This document shows, in pieces, positions 15,198 through 20,242 of a DNA stretch of 20,242 bases. The stretch is taken from positions 1 to 20,242 of the forward strand of contig JBCBJQ010000106.1 in NCBI GenBank assembly GCA_038523235.1, given 5' to 3'. Under the pieces are notes generated by a model. It saw nothing but the letters and a program-made list of their open reading frames with translations, did not search any database and was not told where the DNA came from. The position numbers and the translations under genes are program-made. Every line of letters begins with the position of its first letter. Position 1 is the stretch's first letter. This DNA comes from Cyanobacteria bacterium J06626_4. Its GTDB lineage: Bacteria > Cyanobacteriota > Cyanobacteriia > Phormidesmidales > Phormidesmidaceae.

Positions 15198-17177
15198 CTA
15201 GGCCAATCTATCGGTCGCTCCTGCCTGCCTCAAACGAGAAAAGCGAGACTGCGGGTTGTTGATCAGAGTAGCGCGATCGCCATACTCCACCCTCTGTCCC
15301 TGCTCCAAAATTAAGATCTGATCGGCGCGCTCCACGGTCTTGAGCCGATGGGCAATGATAATGCCCGTGCGGTTCTTGAGTAACCGTTCCACGGCCTGCT
15401 CAATCAACTGTTCTGTCACTGGATCAAGGCGCGACGAGGCTTCATCCAAGATCACCAGACCGGGGTCTTTTAGAAACACGCGGGCAAACGCCAACAACTG
15501 TGCCTGCCCAGCAGACAGTCCGCCACTATCGGCTCCGAGCCGGGTGTCTAACCCCTGCGGCAACGCTTTGAGCCAGGTCGTCAGCCCGAGTTGATCCAGC
15601 GTTTGTCGAATTGCCTCATCAGGAATGTGCAAATTAAAAAACGTTAGATTGTGCCGCACCGTCGTTTGAAATAGCTGCACATCCTGAGTGACCAAGCCGA
15701 CATGATGAGGCAGTTCCCGCAGGGGCACCTCCGCCAAGTTAAGGCCCCCTAACCGAATTTGCCCCTGTTGAATGTCGTATAGCCGCAATAGCAGCCGCGC
15801 GAGTGTGCTCTTGCCACTACCGGTATGGCCGAGTAGACCAAGGATGTGACCGGCAGGCAGGTGGAAAGTAAGGTTGCGAAGGGTGTAGTTGGGTAGGGGA
15901 GTGGGGAGTGGGGGAGTGGGGAGTGGGGGAGTGGGGAGTGGGGGAGCGGGGGAGTGGGGGAGTGCGTGGGTGGATAAAGCAGCAGATGTAGAGGCGGCAG
16001 TTTTGAACTTTCTAGGGCTTTGCTCTTCTCGGAGAGTATTTTGAGTTTTGAATTTTGAATTTTCTGCCTTCTGCTCTGTTCCCTGTTCCCTATCTCCTAT
16101 TCCCTGTTCCCTATCTCCTCTGTTTTCTGTCTCATAACCAAACCAGACGCCATCAAACTCGACCGACAGAGGCCCGTTGGGGAGTACGGCCTGTCCGCCG
16201 GGGTGAAGCTGGCTGTGATGGCTGAGTAGATCTTGAATGCGCTGGAGGCTGGCGATCGCTTGTTGAAATTGCTCTAACTCTTCGCGAATGCGTTCGATCG
16301 GATCTTGCAGCAGCGTAGCGTAGTAAAAGAGCAAATAGACGGTGCCGATGGTGATGGCCTGACGCTGCCAAAGGTATGCACCGACAGCTAGCGCGATCGC
16401 GTTGCCGACGGTAAACAACCCCACCGTGCCGCCCCATAGCAAAGTACTCGTGAAACGAGCTTTGTGAAAGGCTGCCAGCCAGCGTCGCAGGAGCTGATAG
16501 AAGCGGTGCATCACATAGCCGACGGCCCCGTTGGCCCGAATATCTTCCAGGCCGCTCAGGTATTCGGCGATGAAGCCATAGAACTCCGCGCTGATCTGGC
16601 GATAAACCCACCAGGGCTCGACGGCTAAGGCTTGCAAACGACCGAGAATCCCTAAAGCCGCCAAGGCAAACAGGCTCAGGCTCAACCCAGCACGCCAATC
16701 TTCCACCCAGAGGATGCCTAAGACGCTGATGACCAGCAGGCCGTTGCCGACCACTTGCAAAATGAACTGCGAGAAGAACCGAGAAAGGGCATCCACATCA
16801 CCATCGACGCGTTCTACCAGTTCACCGGGCGTATGGGCCTTGTGGAAGGCCAGATCTAAGTGGAGAACATGATGGGCTAAGTCTAGGCGCAGGTCGTTGG
16901 TGGCGGTCCAGGCCACCGTTTCGCTGAAATAGGTGGCGACAATTTCCAATCCTTGGCGCAGGCAAGCGATCGCGACAAATCCCAAGGCGGCCAGCGTCAA
17001 TACCGATTGCGGTCCACCGACCATGACCCTATCGATGAAGTAGCGCAGAATCTGCGGGTTGAGCACCTGGAGGGCAATGCTGCTCAATAGGGCGATCGCC
17101 AACCAGGCCACTCGCCCGCGTTGAGGTTTCAGGTAGGTAATTAAAACGTCTCGATACGACTGGCCCGATGCACTCAT
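15198..17177 (-). CDS. Exporter-fold (type IV) ABC half-transporter, TMD+NBD, degenerate signature
   Basis: TM helices; Walker A GHTGSGKST, Q-loop VTQD, signature LSAGQ, Walker B VILDE, H-loop IAHR. Confidence 0.95.
   Translation of the reverse strand: MSASGQSYRDVLITYLKPQRGRVAWLAIALLSSIALQVLNPQILRYFIDRVMVGGPQSVLTLAALGFVAIACLRQGLEIVATYFSETVAWTATNDLRLDLAHHVLHLDLAFHKAHTPGELVERVDGDVDALSRFFSQFILQVVGNGLLVISVLGILWVEDWRAGLSLSLFALAALGILGRLQALAVEPWWVYRQISAEFYGFIAEYLSGLEDIRANGAVGYVMHRFYQLLRRWLAAFHKARFTSTLLWGGTVGLFTVGNAIALAVGAYLWQRQAITIGTVYLLFYYATLLQDPIERIREELEQFQQAIASLQRIQDLLSHHSQLHPGGQAVLPNGPLSVEFDGVWFGYETENRGDREQGIGDREQGTEQKAENSKFKTQNTLREEQSPRKFKTAASTSAALSTHALPHSPAPPLPTPPLPTPPLPTPLPNYTLRNLTFHLPAGHILGLLGHTGSGKSTLARLLLRLYDIQQGQIRLGGLNLAEVPLRELPHHVGLVTQDVQLFQTTVRHNLTFFNLHIPDEAIRQTLDQLGLTTWLKALPQGLDTRLGADSGGLSAGQAQLLAFARVFLKDPGLVILDEASSRLDPVTEQLIEQAVERLLKNRTGIIIAHRLKTVERADQILILEQGQRVEYGDRATLINNPQSRFSRLRQAGATDRLA
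15888..16133. repeat. In-frame composite STRR-like repeat insert in the ABC NBD
   Basis: (GTGGGGAGTGGGGGA)x3 at 15901-15945; TTTTGAR x3 at 16039-16059; CCCTGTT/CCCTATC/TCCTATT heptamers at 16074-16122. Confidence 0.85.
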
Positions 17178-17242
17178 ACAGCTACCATCCTGTACGACAA
17201 CCCAGTCCGTAGATTAGGCGGAAATCGTCTTCAAAAGGATTC

Positions 17243-17277
17243 CTAGCCGGATTTTTTTGCCCCCTAGCCGGAAAATT
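17243..17277 (-). promoter_or_regulatory. Putative AraC-type direct-repeat operator (copy 4, upstream of ABC half 15198-17177)
   Basis: CTAGCCGGATTTTTTTGCCCCCTAGCCGGAAAATT: exact CTAGCCGGA repeat at 21-bp spacing, 66 bp from the ATG. Confidence 0.7.
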
Positions 17278-17681
17278 TGAATCACGATGCTTCATTCAAC
17301 TCTCCATTGACGCCCGAGGAGCCAGGCAACCTGAGCGAGGCATTGTCTCCAGCACGATGCCGACTATGGAGCGATCAGGCTAATACTAATTCTGCAAAGT
17401 AGTGCTACAGATCGGCGATCCCTCGCTGTGGTTGCCCTCTTGTCGAAGGGGCTACACGGGTTTTGGATGTGTAGTCCAAATTCAGCCAATTGGTGTAAGC
17501 CATTGCCGAACAGAAGAGCGGCTCTTGGCCAACGTGAAGGTGAGTCAACAGCGCTCCTTCCATCATCGGTAAAGCGCTCCCCACTTCCCTTTAGCCACGC
17601 ATCTTCACCTCATTCACTGATCACCCACCGTCGTTTGCACCAACAGTTGCGGAGGGCTGCAGTGGAGCTGCGGATCGGCGA

Positions 17682-19841
17682 TTACCCTTGCCCCAAACCA
17701 AACCACGCTTGATAAATATCCTCATACTGGCCCGTTTCATACAGTCTGAGCAGCGCGGCATTAATCGCCTCGCGATAAGGACTGTCCGGCTGCAGTGCAA
17801 TACCGTAGTTCAAGGATTTAAAGACATCACCCACTACTTGATATTTGCCCTGCCCTTGGTGAGAAACGAAATATTGCAACACCGGCGCATCATAGACGAC
17901 GGCATCCACCGCTTGTTCGGCCTCCACCGCGACGTACAAATCTTCGAGGGTGTTGTAATTGCGAAATAGCAGATTGGTCTGCCCATCTAGAAATTCAGCG
18001 GCAGCGCTTTCGGCGACGGTGGCCACGCGCTTGCCGGGCAGATCTTCGAGACCATTGATTACCCCCTGAAGTTCTTGCACGGTAAAGGTAGTGGCAATGC
18101 TGGCCGTGAAGTAAGCAAACACAAAATAGCCCGAAAACATCCAAATCAGGCCAAAGAAACGACCGGCGGCTCGGGTGGGGACTTTGTCGCCATAGCCGAC
18201 CGTCGTTACCGTCACCGCAGCCCACCAAAAGGCTTCCCAAATGCCATGCAGATACCCATCGGGAAACTCACTGTTATGGTTGCGCTCAGATAGCCAGAGG
18301 AGGTGAGCGACGATCAACAAAATGAGGATGAGAATGCCGATGCCGTAGTACAGTCGCGGCGATCGCAGCACAGCGCCGACCACCGATAGCAGTTTCCCTA
18401 GTTCGCTCTGATCGCTGGGCACCATGACCTGCAGGCCGGATTCGTAATAGGGGTAGGAAAAGTCCAGCCGGGCTTCGCGCTGAGAGGTGATGCCAATGCC
18501 AGCGATCGCCAGATCTGCCGCCCCGCGCTCGACTTCATCCAGCAGTTTGGCCACCGAGTTCACCCCCACCAATTCATAAGTGAGGTTGAGTTCGCGGGCG
18601 ATCGCCTGCCAGAGGTCGATGCTAAACCCCTGATATTCGTGATCTTCATAGATCACAAAGGGTTCAAAGCGTTGGGTCACAATGCGAACCGGGTCGAGCG
18701 GCGGGGGTCCCAAGGGTGTGGCGGTGGGTTCGGCAGATGCCGAGGGCGCAATCTCGCCCGTAGCGCGGGCCGTGGCTAACCAGTCATCCACGGTCGAGCG
18801 GTTAGCCGTGATCCAGTCCTGAGCATGGCGGCGAATATCATCTTCATCTCCCTCTCGGGAAAGCATGAGGGCGTTTTGCGCGGCGATGTCAGCTAAGGGA
18901 ATCGTGACCTGTTCGAGCAGCGATCGCACGGCGGGATGAGCCGCTAAAAACTCACTATTGGCCACGGCTCGGATGTCGTTGCGCGGGAATCCTAGCGTGC
19001 AGGGATCCGCCACACAGCCGGTGATGCCGGTCATGACGGTTTCACTTTCCAGGGCTTTTTGACCTGGTGGCAGACTCGCGTAAGGCACTTCGATCCACAC
19101 GACATCTTCACCGGGCGGCAGCTCATTGACTGTCCAGTTCGGCGTCCAGGTGTAGAACAAGATTGACTCACCTTGCCGCAGGCGGGCGATCGCGGCTGCC
19201 ATCAACGGCGCGTAGTCCCCTTGCCTGTGGTCAACAAAATCGTTCAGATCATATTCCTGCAAGTGGTAGTCGATGACTTCGGCACAGGCCCACTCCGCAT
19301 TGCAGCCAATCAAATCGGCTTTGCCATTCCCGTCACCATCCAGCGCTGCGGTCACCTCGGGCCGGGCCAAGTCGGCGAGGCTCTGGATGTTAAGCCGTTC
19401 AGCCGTCGTTTTATCGACTAGATACCCCTGCAAAGCGCCATCTGGCACCTCAAACCCCACGGGTTCTACGGCTCCACCGATGTCTGGCTGCTCCAGGTAG
19501 CGATTGTGTAATGGAAACCAGCCACTCGCCCACAAATCCATTTCCCCAGCGGCGGCTTGTTCGTAAAATTGCTCATTACTAAGGGTTTTGGGCGCATTCA
19601 CCGAGTATCCCAACTGAGTCAATAACTCTCGATAAACTTCCGCTTGAAACCAGCCCGTATCCCACGTGGGGCGAGCCATATTGATGGTGGTAGCGGCGTG
19701 ACTACGCGGCATGCCTTGTAGGCCGCAGACCAATACCAAACCAAGTACACCCCAAAGCAGTCGGGAGATTCGGGCTGTCCAGCAGCCAGCGACAAGTTTG
19801 CGGAAGTGTCGGTTTAAGTCATTTAGAAGAGGGAGCAGCAT
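17682..19841 (-). CDS. proX: Fusion of a ProX-type glycine betaine/proline-binding domain and a GluR0-type ligand-gated K+ channel (S1-M1-P-M2-S2)
   Basis: Probable ATG 19841, signal peptide ending SHA. ProX motifs WFPLH, GCNAEWAC, YTWTPNW; then EPFV..GFSIDLW, IGITSQRE..DFSYPY, TM, WWAAVTVTTVGYGDKVP, TM ending FTASIA, VYDAP, YGIAL. The symbol describes only the N-terminal domain. Confidence 0.9.
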   Translation of the reverse strand: MLLPLLNDLNRHFRKLVAGCWTARISRLLWGVLGLVLVCGLQGMPRSHAATTINMARPTWDTGWFQAEVYRELLTQLGYSVNAPKTLSNEQFYEQAAAGEMDLWASGWFPLHNRYLEQPDIGGAVEPVGFEVPDGALQGYLVDKTTAERLNIQSLADLARPEVTAALDGDGNGKADLIGCNAEWACAEVIDYHLQEYDLNDFVDHRQGDYAPLMAAAIARLRQGESILFYTWTPNWTVNELPPGEDVVWIEVPYASLPPGQKALESETVMTGITGCVADPCTLGFPRNDIRAVANSEFLAAHPAVRSLLEQVTIPLADIAAQNALMLSREGDEDDIRRHAQDWITANRSTVDDWLATARATGEIAPSASAEPTATPLGPPPLDPVRIVTQRFEPFVIYEDHEYQGFSIDLWQAIARELNLTYELVGVNSVAKLLDEVERGAADLAIAGIGITSQREARLDFSYPYYESGLQVMVPSDQSELGKLLSVVGAVLRSPRLYYGIGILILILLIVAHLLWLSERNHNSEFPDGYLHGIWEAFWWAAVTVTTVGYGDKVPTRAAGRFFGLIWMFSGYFVFAYFTASIATTFTVQELQGVINGLEDLPGKRVATVAESAAAEFLDGQTNLLFRNYNTLEDLYVAVEAEQAVDAVVYDAPVLQYFVSHQGQGKYQVVGDVFKSLNYGIALQPDSPYREAINAALLRLYETGQYEDIYQAWFGLGQG

Positions 19842-20242
19842 GGGCGATCGGGGCGCTGAGGGTTGCCTTGACCATGGTAGATGGCGAGCCTCTTTAGTTC
19901 TGCTTGAATTGATGGGCTCTTGGCTGTGGGCGATCGCTAGCTGGCTAGTGGAAATAGGAAATGGGCGCCACTTGAGCAAACAAGAGATCGCCCTTCTTCT
20001 ATATACAGCGAGATCGCGCTGGCCTCTGCTGATATGATTTTTTGTCTAAAAAATGTGAAAGGTTTCTCGTAATTTATCTTGATTCAGATAGGATGCAGAA
20101 AATCTCTTGTAATCGTCTCAATGCAGGTGGATATACCGAAAGCTTCTGTATATCCATTCAGATTTACATGATGTGCGGAAGCGATATCTCTGACAAGAGT
20201 GCTAGACCTATTCGGCATCAGTTCATCAAGTCAGGCCAAAAA

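Larger units (their letters stand above)
60..19937. repeat. Dispersed HIP1 octamers (GCGATCGC)
   Basis: About 30 copies by hand count, e.g. 60, 589, 833, 1123, 2549, 2721, 2793, 8042, 9194, 10596/10602, 13213, 17092, 19930. Confidence 0.9.

Noticed and set aside
15896..16122. Tandem repeats as a CRISPR array
   Set aside because: Units are 7-21 bp without unique spacers, lie inside an ORF, and no cas genes are present.
17640..17700. Minus-strand CCCTCCGCAACTGT resembling the cobalamin riboswitch core
   Set aside because: No upstream GGGAA..GGTG..TCC block or downstream B12-box in the right order; it lies immediately after a stop codon.
17428..17712. 94-aa plus-strand ORF
   Set aside because: GTG start, no recognisable motif, and it overlaps the 3' end of the channel gene.
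1462..19500. Many short track ORFs antisense to or out of frame within the long genes (e.g. 1616-2047, 10353-10649, 12454-12807, 16153-16698)
   Set aside because: Shadow ORFs fully overlapping well-supported genes, with no recognisable motifs.
19842..19979. Longer track start for the ProX-channel gene (likewise 454, 9225, 14356 for other genes)
   Set aside because: Non-ATG starts that add unlikely extensions ahead of signal peptides or cover promoter elements; downstream ATGs fit better.

Overview
Cyanobacterial DNA: roughly 30 HIP1 octamers GCGATCGC by hand count, STRR-like 7/8-mer arrays, and AMIN-fused TonB receptors. The acidic envelope proteins and a betaine-binding domain suggest a marine or saline filamentous strain (inference). 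The core is an iron/siderophore-uptake region of two tandem minus-strand modules, AraC(PchR-like) -> AMIN-TonB-dependent receptor -> siderophore-binding lipoprotein, the last followed by a DUF1636-like Cys protein. Two Uma2 endonuclease genes flank this core, and outside them lie the two halves of a probable heterodimeric exporter-fold ABC transporter. The left end has a partial GNAT acetyltransferase (missing from the ORF track) and a secreted hypothetical protein. Highlights: (1) at the right end, one ORF fuses a complete ProX-type glycine-betaine-binding domain to a GluR0-type ligand-gated K+ channel (TVGYGD filter); (2) a 35-bp direct-repeat box with 21-bp period sits upstream of both receptors and both ABC halves, and twice one half-site is the last codons plus stop of the AraC gene itself; (3) 27-bp palindromic mini-elements, one nested inside another, are inserted in frame in an ABC gene.
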